Part shown: in pieces, positions 34,814 through 44,830 of the stretch
Layout of the letters: each line of letters starts with the position of its first letter
Numbering within the stretch: position 1 is the stretch's first letter
Virus record (IMG/VR): IMGVR_UViG_3300043447_000415
Coordinates: 1 to 64,000 of that record
Reading direction: 5' to 3' (one strand)
DNA length: 64,000 bases
Origin: a virus
Taxonomy: Duplodnaviria > Caudoviricetes
Notes under the pieces: generated by a model
Databases searched by the model: none
Told to the model about the DNA's origin: nothing
Seen by the model: only the letters and a program-made list of their open reading frames with translations
Program-made: the position numbers and the translations under genes

Positions 34814-36721
34814 TCAAGCCCCTTTCATTTCGTTCAGTTCGCGGCGCAGCAAGACTACTTCTCGCGCCAAGGCAATCGATGCCGCGAGCGCGGCATTTCC
34901 ATAAGCAACCGAGAGGATTCCAGCGGTATCTTGGCCAACAGCCCAAGGGAGCACGCGACGAAGACTCTGAGCACTGACGCCCACCTGCGTGATGCCATTA
35001 TCGGTTCGATCGTAGACGCCCATTTTTACGGTCGCCAATTCAGCGATAAAGTCTTCGGCCAGATCGCGCCAATTCGTCTTGATGCGCTCGTCTGAGTTTG
35101 AGGTCACGTTACCGGCAAAACTAGCATTTCCCGAAGTATCGATTCCAATCAATTCAGTCGAGGCTACGCCAGCACCATTCGTCGTGGAAAGACGGACAAC
35201 ACCGGTTGCATCCAGGTACAAACCACGCGCATGTGCTCCCGGTATGTGCATCTCCCACATGGCGGTGCCAGCGCTTTGCACCTGCGCTCTGCCACCAGTG
35301 AAGGTTGCGAGGCCAGAGAGTGTCTTGTTACCACCAATGGTTTGATCGCCAGTTGTATAAACGCCGTTCGTTACGGTGGCGGCATTACCGCTGCACGCCG
35401 CCGCCGTGGAAGCTGTGGCCGCATTGCCTGTAATCGCGATCGCCCATGTGCCCGAAGCACCTGCGCCGGTCGCACTGGGTGCGCCCACTGAGTTGTAGCT
35501 GATCGTGCGAGCGATGCTGCCGTCGAAAGAGGTGCCTGAAGCGACACCCGCACCGCCGTTGTTGAATGTCAGCGCGGCAGGCGTGCTGGCTGTGATCGTG
35601 ATGTTGGCGCCTCCGTTGAAGGAAATGCCGTTGATTGTTCGAGCCGTCTGAAGCGTTGTTGCTGTCGCGGCGTTACCCGTCGTGCTCTGATTCAGCGTGG
35701 CGATGTAGCTTGCGGCAATGACGTCGCCGTTCCACACCGACCCTGTGCCAAGCGTCTTGTTGGTGAGGGTCTGGGTCGAGTCGGTGTTGACCTGAATCTT
35801 GCTGCCGGCTGCGGTGCCGAGAACGATCAGGTCATCATCTGTATCCCATTCGATACGCCCTTCGGCAGTGGGCGCCGCTGTCGTGGATTGAACCAGCGTG
35901 ATCGCTGTGCCAGCAATCGTGCCGCCCGTGATCGCGACTGCGTTTGCAGCCTGCGTACCCATTGAGGCGACACCCAGGTTCGTACGAGCCGTTGCGGCGT
36001 CTGTGGCTCCAGTTCCGCCATTTGCGACGGCGATCGCACCGCCGCTCCATACCGACCCCGAACCGAGCGTCTTGTTGGTGAGAGTTTGAGTGTTGTCGGT
36101 GTTGACGACCGTTCTGGTGCCTGTGCCTGTGCCGATCCTCAAGACATCATCGTCGGTGTCCCACTCCATTCGACCTTCGGCAGTTGGAGCTGCCGTGGTC
36201 GATTGGGTCAAAGTAAGAGCTGTTCCGGTGATGCTGCCACCAGTGATCGCTACTGCGCCCGCCCCTTGAGTGGCCATTGTGCCGAGCGCTGCGGTCGAGA
36301 CGGCCGTCACTAGACCTTTGGCATTGACGGTTACGACAGGAACTGCGGCAGTCGAGCCGAATGTGCCGATGTTGGAGTTGACCGTAGGCAGCGTTGCGGC
36401 GATGGAGAGGTTTGCAGAGCCTGTCCAACCGGCGGAAGTTGCGGTTACGTCACCCGTGAGTGAGACTGTGCGGGCGGTTGCCCAGGCGTTGGCGGTTGTG
36501 ACGTTGATTGAATAGGTTGATGCGAGATCGACCCAGGATGTTCCGTTGAACTTCTCCCACTTCGACGCCGCCGAGGTCCAACGCTGTGCATTGGTGGGCG
36601 CGTTCGAGACGGTGGTAAGCGCTGGGTCCAAACCATAGGCGAGGTCGTCCAGCCGAGCGTCCAGCTCGGCGGTGTAGTTCACATACGTGGACGCGGTGGT
36701 TGGGAGTTGCCAATTTGCCAT
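34814..36721 (-). CDS. Tail fibre with internal duplication and S74 chaperone
   Basis: Two APTAEGRxEWDTDDD...TQTLTNKTLG units; NSDERIKTNW. Confidence 0.88.
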   Translation of the reverse strand: MANWQLPTTASTYVNYTAELDARLDDLAYGLDPALTTVSNAPTNAQRWTSAASKWEKFNGTSWVDLASTYSINVTTANAWATARTVSLTGDVTATSAGWTGSANLSIAATLPTVNSNIGTFGSTAAVPVVTVNAKGLVTAVSTAALGTMATQGAGAVAITGGSITGTALTLTQSTTAAPTAEGRMEWDTDDDVLRIGTGTGTRTVVNTDNTQTLTNKTLGSGSVWSGGAIAVANGGTGATDAATARTNLGVASMGTQAANAVAITGGTIAGTAITLVQSTTAAPTAEGRIEWDTDDDLIVLGTAAGSKIQVNTDSTQTLTNKTLGTGSVWNGDVIAASYIATLNQSTTGNAATATTLQTARTINGISFNGGANITITASTPAALTFNNGGAGVASGTSFDGSIARTISYNSVGAPSATGAGASGTWAIAITGNAATASTAAACSGNAATVTNGVYTTGDQTIGGNKTLSGLATFTGGRAQVQSAGTAMWEMHIPGAHARGLYLDATGVVRLSTTNGAGVASTELIGIDTSGNASFAGNVTSNSDERIKTNWRDLAEDFIAELATVKMGVYDRTDNGITQVGVSAQSLRRVLPWAVGQDTAGILSVAYGNAALAASIALAREVVLLRRELNEMKGA

Positions 36722-36767
36722 GTGTATTTCTCTTGGTGTCCGATATTATGTCACGAATGACTTTTGG

Positions 36768-39700
36768 TCAATAGCCCTTAACCGACCACGAGAAGGTGCC
36801 GCCCACACGGTTTCCTGCTGAATCGTAGAGCAAGACCTTGAAGCCAGCGGCGTTGGGAGTGTCCACGAAGTCGTAGAGTCCGTATCGCGCACTCGAGCCT
36901 GCGGCGGGTGAAATCTCGACCGCCGAGATGTCGATGAACGGCGTACCGAAGCGAATCATCGTTCCGGGGCCGTCCGGCACCCGCACGCCAAAGCCGTTGT
37001 TGGGGTTCACGTTGGTGAGCGAGACGCCGTTGATGATCGCGTTGGTGCCCGACACGGCATCGGTCGCGCTGGCGGTATTCATGCCAGCTTCATTGCGAAC
37101 TTTGGTGTCCAGCTTTACGTTCAACTTGGTGATTCGGTACAAGGAAAGGTTGTCACCCGTCACGTTCAGGCGCACCTTCACGTACCGGAAGTTGTTCACG
37201 AAGACTGAAGAGATGCCGTTGTAGTCCGTCCAGGCGTCGCCAGCATTGAGCTTCACGCTGATGTTGATCGTGACCGTCGGATTGCCCGCCACGACGGAGC
37301 CGGTCGGCGTCACGGTGATCTTCGTGCCACCAATCGGAGTCTCGTAGTCGATCACTTCCTCGTAGAAGCCGGGGCTGTTCGCGGGTTGGATGAACACGGG
37401 AAAGCCTGCTGCGATCTGTGCATTGGGCGTCGTCCATGAGCGGCTCGTGAAGTGCTGCTCGAAGGTCTCGGTGGTGTTGACGGGCAGGATGTAGCTGCCG
37501 TCTGTGTCCAGGTACATGTTGGACTTGGTGCCGCCGAACGTCAGATCGTTGTTGGCCTTCAGCGCGTAGTCCGGCGGTTGACTGACGCTCGTGGTCACGT
37601 CGCCTGGGGTGCCGATGTTGCCCGCGCTGTCAACGCCCGCTACCCAGTAGGTATAGGTTCCTGCAACTGTCTCGAAGACGGTTGTGAAGCCCCCTGCTTT
37701 CTGGCCGATAGGCTCTGCCGTCTCCCAGGTTGGTCCGCGACGCAGCTCGTTGGTGACAACAGGCAGCGTGCCGGCAGGCTGGGTCCAGTACAGCAGCACG
37801 TTGTTGTCCACGACTTGCTGAGTCAGATTGGGCTTCGTTGGCGCAGAGATGACGAGTGCGGCCGAACCTGTGGCGCCAATGTTTCCATTCACGTCAACGG
37901 CCGCAACCCACCATGTTCGCGAACCGATCCACTGAGCTTTTGTGGAAATCGTCGTACCCTTGACTCGGCCGAGCACCGTTCCGGCCGCCCAGGAAGAGCC
38001 GTGGCGAATTTCGTACTCTTCGATCGGCAGTGTAGAGGTGGGTTCGGTCCAGTTGAGCTTGAACACGTCCAGCACGAACGAGCCACTGACCGAAGGTGCG
38101 GTCGGGGCCGAGACCGTGACGATGGTCGAGCCGGCGACGCCGACGTTTCCATTCACGTCTCGAGCTGCGATCCAGTAGGTTCGATTGCCGATCCACTCGA
38201 CCGGAGCGCGGTAGGCGGTTGAGAGTGTCGTGGCAACCACTGTGCCGGCGGCCCAGGAAGTGCCGTAACGAATCTCGTACTCGCGAATGGGGAGCGTGGC
38301 GCTCGGCGCGGTCCATGTCAGTTCCGCTTTTGCGACAACCACGGCCGACGAAACGCTCGGGGCGCCAGGCGCCGTGACGCTCGAGATGATCGAGGCGGGC
38401 GTTCCAAACTGCTTGTTGCTATCGACTGCTGCAACCCAGAGCTTTCGATCTCCAAGCCAGGTAATCGGCAGCGTGATTGTTGTCGTGTTGGCTTTGCCGA
38501 TGATTTCGCCGGTGCCCCAGTCGTTGCCGTGACGAATATCGTAGTATGAGATTTCGAGCGAGCCGTTGACGGCCGACTGCCAGCTCAGCGTGGTGCTGGC
38601 TTGCGAGGTGGTTGAAGTCAGCCCTGTTGGCGCGTCGTACTTAACGAACGTGACCACTCGGCTTCCTGGCGAGCCGTAGCTGCCGGCGGTATCGACCGCA
38701 GCCACGAAGAACGTCTTGCTGGATGTCCAGTTGACCGGAATCGAGTAGAGACGGTCCGAGGTGATGCCCACCAGCGAGCCGGTCGCCCAGGTGGCACCCT
38801 CTCGAATCTCGTAGTGACGAATGGGCAGAGAACCCGTACTGGGCGCCGCCCAGGTCAGGATCGCGTTGCCGTCCTTGAACTGGTGCGCGACACTTACGAC
38901 CCCTGGTGCGCCGATCGTGTTGACGTATGTTCCGCTCGGGCCTTGGTTGCCGTTGATGTCGGTGGCGCGAATGTTGAAGGTTGCGGACTCTGCCCAACTG
39001 ACTTCAAGGTTGAGCGTGTTCGTGTATGCCTTGCCAACGAGCGTTCCTGTATTCCAGTCTGCGCCGCGACGAACTTCGTAGAAGTCGATCGGCAGAGTTT
39101 CTGCCGAGTCGGCCCAGGAGATCGTCACTTGGCTTTGGTTGTAGATTGCACCAAAGTTTGTGGGCGCACGAGGCGCCAGCACGGTGAGAGAGCGGCTGCC
39201 GGCGGTTCCGACGTTTCCGTTCAGGTCGATGCCGACGACCCAGAAGGTGCGCGAACCGAGCCAGGTGATTGGAATGGTCAACTGTCTGCCGTTGATCGTG
39301 CCAATAGCCACGCCGTTGGCAAAGCTCGAACCGAATCGAACCTCGTAGGCGCTGATCGGAAGGCTTGAAGATGGCGCCGACCACTCCAGGATGTAGTTGA
39401 TCTCTTTCTGGGAGTGTGAAAGCGTCGGTGCCGAGGGCAAGTTGAAGACGGCACTTACGGAGGTGGGGGTGCCAACGCTCCCTGCAATATCGACGGTCGC
39501 TACCCAGATCAACTGAGTGGTTGTCCACTTGACCGGGGTCTTGTAGCTCAGGTCGGTGGTGGTGCCGATCTCGACCGCTGTCGCCCAGGTTGCGCCACGT
39601 TTGATGACGTGGTGCTTGATGGGCAGCGAACCTGCGGTTGCGGCGCCCCAGCTCACCACGATGTCGGCGAGCGAGTAGGAGTAGGTCGGTGTCACGGTGC

Positions 39701-42494
39701 CAGGAGGCGCTATCGTCACCGACACGCGAGTGGCCACAGCACTGTAGTTGCCGGTCGTGTCGATCGCCTTAATCAGCCATTGATAGGTGCCCTGCGCGGC
39801 AGGTGGCACCTGAAACACGGTGAGTGGCGTCTCGATCAGCTTAGTGGCAGCTTCCCAGGATTGGCCCGCCACGGTACAGGCGCGAACCTCGTAGGACTTC
39901 ACGTCCTCATCGGGGATGGGCACCCACGACAGCTCGACGCCCTGCGCGTTAGGTGCGGCGAAGAAGTTGGATACGTTCGACGGGGGCGCGGTTTTTCCAG
40001 CAATGGTGTAGGTGCCGGTCGCGCTGCTTGAGCGTTTGCCAAGAGGGTTGATGCCGATGACGGAAACCTCGTAGGGGCCGACAGCGACATTGGGAACCTC
40101 GTAGGACAGCCCGTCGGTCACGCGCACGAACGTCCAGTTACTTCTGTTGCCGGCGCCGATGCCTCGATAGGCAACTTCATACTGCGTCGAGTCGCCATAC
40201 CAGAAGATCATCATCTTGTTGGCAAAGACGCCAGGTGCTGCCTTGTAGCGCGTTTCAGTCACAAACAACTGAGTGGGTGTCTGCACGAAAGTGGCATCGA
40301 GAATGGAAGTTTTCCGATCCTCGAGTGTCAGTCCGAGCTCGATGGCGCCGAACTTGGATGGGTTGTGCTCGAGCGCCGTGATCTCGTACTCGGATGGGTT
40401 TTCTCCCTGACTGATGCCAATGACTCGAGCCAGAATCGGAACAAGATTCGGCTCGGAGATCATCCACAAGGCGTTCTCAACGGGCAGTTGCGGCAATGCC
40501 GTCGCCCAGGTGACGGTCGTATGAGCTCCGGCGCTTTGGAAGATCACCCGATCCACGAACGAGCCATCGGGCATCATCAGAGAGATGCTTGTTCCGGTCG
40601 ATGTGATTGTGACTGGATTGTCCAGAGTCGCGCTGTTGACTGTTGCCGACTTGAGTCGGCCTGCCACTCGACGCCCTGCTCTCGTGGTGTCGTGAATCTT
40701 GACCACGTTGCCAGGCATGACGAAGGCCGAGTCAACTCCCACCTTGAAGGTGATGAAGTCCGACTCGTACTTTTCGGTGTAGAGAATCCACTTGCCGACA
40801 CGAGCTGCCTGTCCGCGAGAGGTGCATCCGAAAGCCAGCGTGTCCAGCTTCTTGACGCCGTAGAGGTTCACCAGTTCGCGATCCTCGACATACTCCACTT
40901 TCTGCTTGTAGAGGTCTTCGGGGTCGTTCCACGTTACGTGGACGATGCTGTGTCGATCCTTGCGAGCGCTGCCGGTGTACGAGAACGCGCCATCGATGAC
41001 GTTGGCCGACGTGTAAAGCATGGACGGGTCGGTGGGTGCATCCTGGGTGAAGTTCACCATGCCGCCGTCCCAGAACCCCATGCCTCGGAAGACCGAGCTG
41101 ATGTCCGAGACGAATTTGAATGCCTCTGCCTGGCTCGAGATGACCGTGTTGAGGGTGAACCTCGGCTCGGTGCCTCCAAAGCCATTGGGCACCAGGCCGT
41201 CGCAATAGCGCCCGATCGTGTAGAGCATCGCCTTGTCCACCTGGCTGTCTTCGATGAAGTTGCCCAGGCCGTAGCGTTTGTTTGTCAGAACGTCGAACAT
41301 GATCCAGGCCGGATTGTTCGAGACTGCGTACTGAAAGCTGCCATTCCAGACACCCGTGTAGGTGCGAGTGGCTGCGTTGTAGTTGCTCGGAACGCGGATG
41401 TAGAGGCCGTTGACCAAGTAGGAACGATTGGGAATCTGGTTGAACTGCTGAGAGTCCACTCGCAGTCCGAAGATGGCCGAGTTCGGGTACGCCATGTTGA
41501 GCGTCACGATCTCGGAGTAGGAGTCGAGGAACAGGTCGTTCTGGACCAGTGCGCTCGTGGAGTCCGCCGTCAGGCGCTCCATGCGAATTCGAGTCTGTGC
41601 GCCGGGGGTGACGGGGATGACGTGAGAGCGCTGATAGCGCGAGCGTGACTTTCCGCTGATGATGGCGATGGGGCTTGGAGCAAGCGAGCTTGCGGGGCCG
41701 GGCGTGATGAAAAGCGAGGTGCGAGACCGCGATACAACAATGAAGCGAACCTTCGAGACCTCCTCGGCCTCGATCGAGTACGTTTCACCATTAGGCTCCC
41801 AGACCGTATAAATGCTGTCGCCCCACCCCTGACTTGTCGGCACCCAACTCACAGTGAGCACTCTTGGCGCATCAATGTCTTGCCAAAGAAAGCCGACCTT
41901 GCGCTGTGCCTTGACCGTGATTGTTCCTGGCTGGTAGTTGCCGTCATCGGTGCCTGTCGCCTGAATCGTCGCCCTAAGTACCGTGGAGCCGGCAGATATT
42001 GTTGCCGTGTGATAGCTGTCCTCAACCGCCCACGATGCGCCGGCAACAGCGTTTGCCAGATTCTGCGGCACCCAGGTCGCGCCATTGTTGATTGAGGTGC
42101 TGAACTTGTACGACACCGACCCACCCGAAATGTCACCATTTCCGCCGTCAGTCGTGGTGAGGCTCGGCACATTGACGATCACGCGCACGGCGTCGGCATT
42201 GGGGTTGTTGACCGTGAAGGTGTAGGGTGTTGTCGTCTTGATCTGGGCGCCGACGCTGAAGGGGGCTTCGACGTAGTTGCCAAAAGACGGCATGACTGGT
42301 TGGGTGTTTGTGCCCCCGCGAATATCCCAGCTCAAGCCCTGGAAGTTCTTCGTTCCGTCCGCGTTCTCGATCGGAGTGTCATTCAGGTAAACCGACTTCA
42401 GGCCATTGACCAAGCCGCCAATAGGCCCCTCGCCCAGAAGGTCCAGGATCGAGAGAGTCGCCTTGGACTGGAGGGAATCTTTTGCTTCGTTCAT
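36768..42494 (-). CDS. Central tail fibre / tail tip protein J with an FN3-like repeat array
   Basis: LGEGPIGG, NPAWIMFDVLTNKRYGLG, EPRFTLN, GCTSRGQAARVGKW J motifs; about 9-10 FN3-like repeats. Confidence 0.93.
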   Translation of the reverse strand: MNEAKDSLQSKATLSILDLLGEGPIGGLVNGLKSVYLNDTPIENADGTKNFQGLSWDIRGGTNTQPVMPSFGNYVEAPFSVGAQIKTTTPYTFTVNNPNADAVRVIVNVPSLTTTDGGNGDISGGSVSYKFSTSINNGATWVPQNLANAVAGASWAVEDSYHTATISAGSTVLRATIQATGTDDGNYQPGTITVKAQRKVGFLWQDIDAPRVLTVSWVPTSQGWGDSIYTVWEPNGETYSIEAEEVSKVRFIVVSRSRTSLFITPGPASSLAPSPIAIISGKSRSRYQRSHVIPVTPGAQTRIRMERLTADSTSALVQNDLFLDSYSEIVTLNMAYPNSAIFGLRVDSQQFNQIPNRSYLVNGLYIRVPSNYNAATRTYTGVWNGSFQYAVSNNPAWIMFDVLTNKRYGLGNFIEDSQVDKAMLYTIGRYCDGLVPNGFGGTEPRFTLNTVISSQAEAFKFVSDISSVFRGMGFWDGGMVNFTQDAPTDPSMLYTSANVIDGAFSYTGSARKDRHSIVHVTWNDPEDLYKQKVEYVEDRELVNLYGVKKLDTLAFGCTSRGQAARVGKWILYTEKYESDFITFKVGVDSAFVMPGNVVKIHDTTRAGRRVAGRLKSATVNSATLDNPVTITSTGTSISLMMPDGSFVDRVIFQSAGAHTTVTWATALPQLPVENALWMISEPNLVPILARVIGISQGENPSEYEITALEHNPSKFGAIELGLTLEDRKTSILDATFVQTPTQLFVTETRYKAAPGVFANKMMIFWYGDSTQYEVAYRGIGAGNRSNWTFVRVTDGLSYEVPNVAVGPYEVSVIGINPLGKRSSSATGTYTIAGKTAPPSNVSNFFAAPNAQGVELSWVPIPDEDVKSYEVRACTVAGQSWEAATKLIETPLTVFQVPPAAQGTYQWLIKAIDTTGNYSAVATRVSVTIAPPGTVTPTYSYSLADIVVSWGAATAGSLPIKHHVIKRGATWATAVEIGTTTDLSYKTPVKWTTTQLIWVATVDIAGSVGTPTSVSAVFNLPSAPTLSHSQKEINYILEWSAPSSSLPISAYEVRFGSSFANGVAIGTINGRQLTIPITWLGSRTFWVVGIDLNGNVGTAGSRSLTVLAPRAPTNFGAIYNQSQVTISWADSAETLPIDFYEVRRGADWNTGTLVGKAYTNTLNLEVSWAESATFNIRATDINGNQGPSGTYVNTIGAPGVVSVAHQFKDGNAILTWAAPSTGSLPIRHYEIREGATWATGSLVGITSDRLYSIPVNWTSSKTFFVAAVDTAGSYGSPGSRVVTFVKYDAPTGLTSTTSQASTTLSWQSAVNGSLEISYYDIRHGNDWGTGEIIGKANTTTITLPITWLGDRKLWVAAVDSNKQFGTPASIISSVTAPGAPSVSSAVVVAKAELTWTAPSATLPIREYEIRYGTSWAAGTVVATTLSTAYRAPVEWIGNRTYWIAARDVNGNVGVAGSTIVTVSAPTAPSVSGSFVLDVFKLNWTEPTSTLPIEEYEIRHGSSWAAGTVLGRVKGTTISTKAQWIGSRTWWVAAVDVNGNIGATGSAALVISAPTKPNLTQQVVDNNVLLYWTQPAGTLPVVTNELRRGPTWETAEPIGQKAGGFTTVFETVAGTYTYWVAGVDSAGNIGTPGDVTTSVSQPPDYALKANNDLTFGGTKSNMYLDTDGSYILPVNTTETFEQHFTSRSWTTPNAQIAAGFPVFIQPANSPGFYEEVIDYETPIGGTKITVTPTGSVVAGNPTVTINISVKLNAGDAWTDYNGISSVFVNNFRYVKVRLNVTGDNLSLYRITKLNVKLDTKVRNEAGMNTASATDAVSGTNAIINGVSLTNVNPNNGFGVRVPDGPGTMIRFGTPFIDISAVEISPAAGSSARYGLYDFVDTPNAAGFKVLLYDSAGNRVGGTFSWSVKGY
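37600..40220 (-). repeat. Tandem FN3-like repeats in J (~88 aa period)
   Basis: Recurrent W..P...LPI..YEIR.G..W..G...W.....WVAAVD..GN.G; boundaries approximate. Confidence 0.8.
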
Positions 42495-43063
42495 GTTGGG
42501 GCGACCTCATCGACTGAAATTGAGGCAGAAATAGGATGTGAACCGATCAGCACCTGGCCGTAGATCAACGGTACGGGATTACCCTGGCGCTCCGTGTTCA
42601 CCGGACCGTCAAAGTAGAAGGAGTTTCGCTGCTGGTCGGGTTCAGTCTGTCTTGGGCGCGGGCTGAGCACCTCGATCACGCCGCCAATAATCAGTGTCGC
42701 GCCCAGCTTGTAGAGGTAGGGGTTCTGAATCGTCAAGAAGTTGGCAACGATGATAATGATGCCGACGATGATCTTGGCCACACCGCTCGCGCCTGCGACG
42801 GTGGGTGAGAATCGAATCGATTTGAGGTTGGTTCTGGTGACTGCGTATGTGCTGTCCCCTAGCTCCTCCTCGCGGTCATCGTCGAAGGTGCAGACAACCC
42901 GGTAGGCGTCGTACTTCTCGCGGTTGGCGATAATCCACGCCTTCAAACCAGGCTTGTTGGCCTCGATCATGCGAAGTGCCTCGGCGGGACTGGAAACATC
43001 AAGCTCCCACTCCTTGCCGAATTTCTTTCCCATGACGCCGTCGAGGCGAACTTTTGTCAGCAT
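42491..43063 (-). CDS. Tail assembly protein I
   Basis: LDGVMGKKFG...SPAEALR; QGNPVPLIYG..LIGS. Confidence 0.9.
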   Translation of the reverse strand: MLTKVRLDGVMGKKFGKEWELDVSSPAEALRMIEANKPGLKAWIIANREKYDAYRVVCTFDDDREEELGDSTYAVTRTNLKSIRFSPTVAGASGVAKIIVGIIIIVANFLTIQNPYLYKLGATLIIGGVIEVLSPRPRQTEPDQQRNSFYFDGPVNTERQGNPVPLIYGQVLIGSHPISASISVDEVAPT

Positions 43064-43767
43064 TTTGTTCGATGTCTGAGGTGTAACTTGACCCTGGAGT
43101 ACCAGTAAGGCCCGAACGTCTCTTGCCTTGAGAGGCGATTGACGAGGTGATGCAAAATTATATCACCCGTGACATATAACGCAATGTGGTTAGCGACCTG
43201 AGAATCCATCGCAATGCACAGGACGTCACCCCGCTCGAACGACTCGTCTTGAACGACCTGAAAGCCTTGAGACTCCCAGTGGTCGCCGACGATGTCCAGG
43301 CCCTTGTTCCACCAGTGGTCGATTCGCAGATGCGGCAGCCGATCCAGCGTGATGTCGAACTCACGGCGGTAGTAGTCGGTCAGCAGAGAATAGCAATCGA
43401 AGGTGCCAAAGACATAGGGTCGCCCGACGTAGTCCACCTGGAAGCCCGACGGTTTGACGAGTCTGGTGCCCTCATGGATCAGGCCGCCATCCAGCGTTCG
43501 CAAGCTCGAGATCAGCCAAGGTAGCTCCGACGCCTCGCAGCCGGCCAGGTCCGCTTCGGACGGCTCGTTGCTTGTGTCGGGGTGAGAGTGCCAGATGGCC
43601 AGAATTTCACCGGCGTCCTCCGCTCGGGCGTAGTCGATGTGAGAGATCAGAAATTGGCTATTCGAGTCGGCGACGTTCTCGCACGGCATGAACTCGGCCT
43701 TCTTTCCGCGTCCGATGACGAATCCGCACGCCTCTCTTGGATAGCAGGCTTCCGCATGACGGCGCAT
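43057..43767 (-). CDS. Tail assembly protein K (JAB/MPN + NlpC/P60)
   Basis: PREACG, WHSHP...PSEAD, FDCYSL, NHIALY; start uncertain (ORF track opens at 43881). Confidence 0.9.
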   Translation of the reverse strand: MRRHAEACYPREACGFVIGRGKKAEFMPCENVADSNSQFLISHIDYARAEDAGEILAIWHSHPDTSNEPSEADLAGCEASELPWLISSLRTLDGGLIHEGTRLVKPSGFQVDYVGRPYVFGTFDCYSLLTDYYRREFDITLDRLPHLRIDHWWNKGLDIVGDHWESQGFQVVQDESFERGDVLCIAMDSQVANHIALYVTGDIILHHLVNRLSRQETFGPYWYSRVKLHLRHRTKC

Positions 43768-43783
43768 GGCGCCGGTCAGCGCA

Positions 43784-44476
43784 TCAAGTTGTTCCTCTAA
43801 CTGCACCGGGAAACCCTCCAAATCGAATGGGCTGAACGCCAAAGCGGACTCTGCAAGCGGCGAGCGTCTTGGCGCACGCATCGTTTGCCGGAGCGCTGGG
43901 CGCGTTGTTCACATCGTAATTGGCACCCGTCCACCCGCATTCGGTGCCACGGTACTTCCACGAGCAACTGTTCTGAATGATCTGACGGTTTGGAAGCTGC
44001 TGGCCCATCAAGTCGAACGCCGAAGATAGCTCGAACTCGATGATGTAGCGGTTCTCGGTGAGCTTGCGCTCCACGAACCACAAGTCATCAGGAATGAACT
44101 GGTTCGCATCGGCGGTCGGGTTCGTGCCGCCTGGGAAATTGACCGCGTCGATGTATTTGGCAAACGTGCGCTTGCGCGTGACCTTGCAACCCACGAAGTC
44201 GTTGAAGGACTTGACCGATGCCGACAGAAGTCCGTTGACGTTGGCGATTCGCATCTTGGGCCTTGGTAGAGAGCCCTTTGTGGTCACGTCGAAGCCCTCC
44301 GCTTCGATCGGCAGGGGCTCGTAGGTCTGACCCTGCCACACAACAGGCTGCATCAGACCGTTCGTGCCTGCGTGAAATCGCATCAGCGAACCTCCGGGCA
44401 GGTTGGTCGAATCCAGAATGAAGAAGTCCAGAAGCGCCGATGGCGCCAAGGATTGGATCTCTGCTCGAATGGTCAT
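43784..44476 (-). CDS. Tail tip protein L
   Basis: YEPLPIEAEGF, NSCSWKYRGTECG, C.KTL..C..RF, FGGFPG. Confidence 0.92.
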   Translation of the reverse strand: MTIRAEIQSLAPSALLDFFILDSTNLPGGSLMRFHAGTNGLMQPVVWQGQTYEPLPIEAEGFDVTTKGSLPRPKMRIANVNGLLSASVKSFNDFVGCKVTRKRTFAKYIDAVNFPGGTNPTADANQFIPDDLWFVERKLTENRYIIEFELSSAFDLMGQQLPNRQIIQNSCSWKYRGTECGWTGANYDVNNAPSAPANDACAKTLAACRVRFGVQPIRFGGFPGAVRGTT

Positions 44477-44479
44477 TCT

Positions 44480-44815
44480 TTAAGCCTCAAACACTTGCTC
44501 GAAGTCGAACGTGACGACGTTGTGACCCTGCTTGCGGGACACGCGCCAGCTTCGGCACACGAAAATCTTCGTCTGCTCGAACGGCGTCATCCAGAAGAAG
44601 CTCTCCGAGCCGTTGCGAGCCTGAACAAAGGCCAGCACATCGGGGAAGCTGGCAGAGCTTCGTACAAACTCCAGAGACCACTTCTCCGGGTTGTTGTTGA
44701 TGCCCGTCGGCGTTCTCAATTCGTACCCATCGCCGAACTTCGTCACGTTGACGGCCGGCTCCTGCGACATCTGAGATTCGTAGCTGGGTTGCCAAATAAA
44801 AGTCGGTCTTGCCAT
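44480..44815 (-). CDS. Minor tail protein M
   Basis: KFGDGYE.R...GINN; SFFW..P; FEQVF. Confidence 0.9.
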   Translation of the reverse strand: MARPTFIWQPSYESQMSQEPAVNVTKFGDGYELRTPTGINNNPEKWSLEFVRSSASFPDVLAFVQARNGSESFFWMTPFEQTKIFVCRSWRVSRKQGHNVVTFDFEQVFEA

Positions 44816-44830
44816 TTGTTCACCTGTGAC

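Noticed and set aside
24753-36721. Diversity-generating retroelement or shufflon acting on the fibres
   Set aside because: No reverse transcriptase or invertase ORF seen, all fibre genes are co-oriented, and the repeats differ at all bases rather than only adenines
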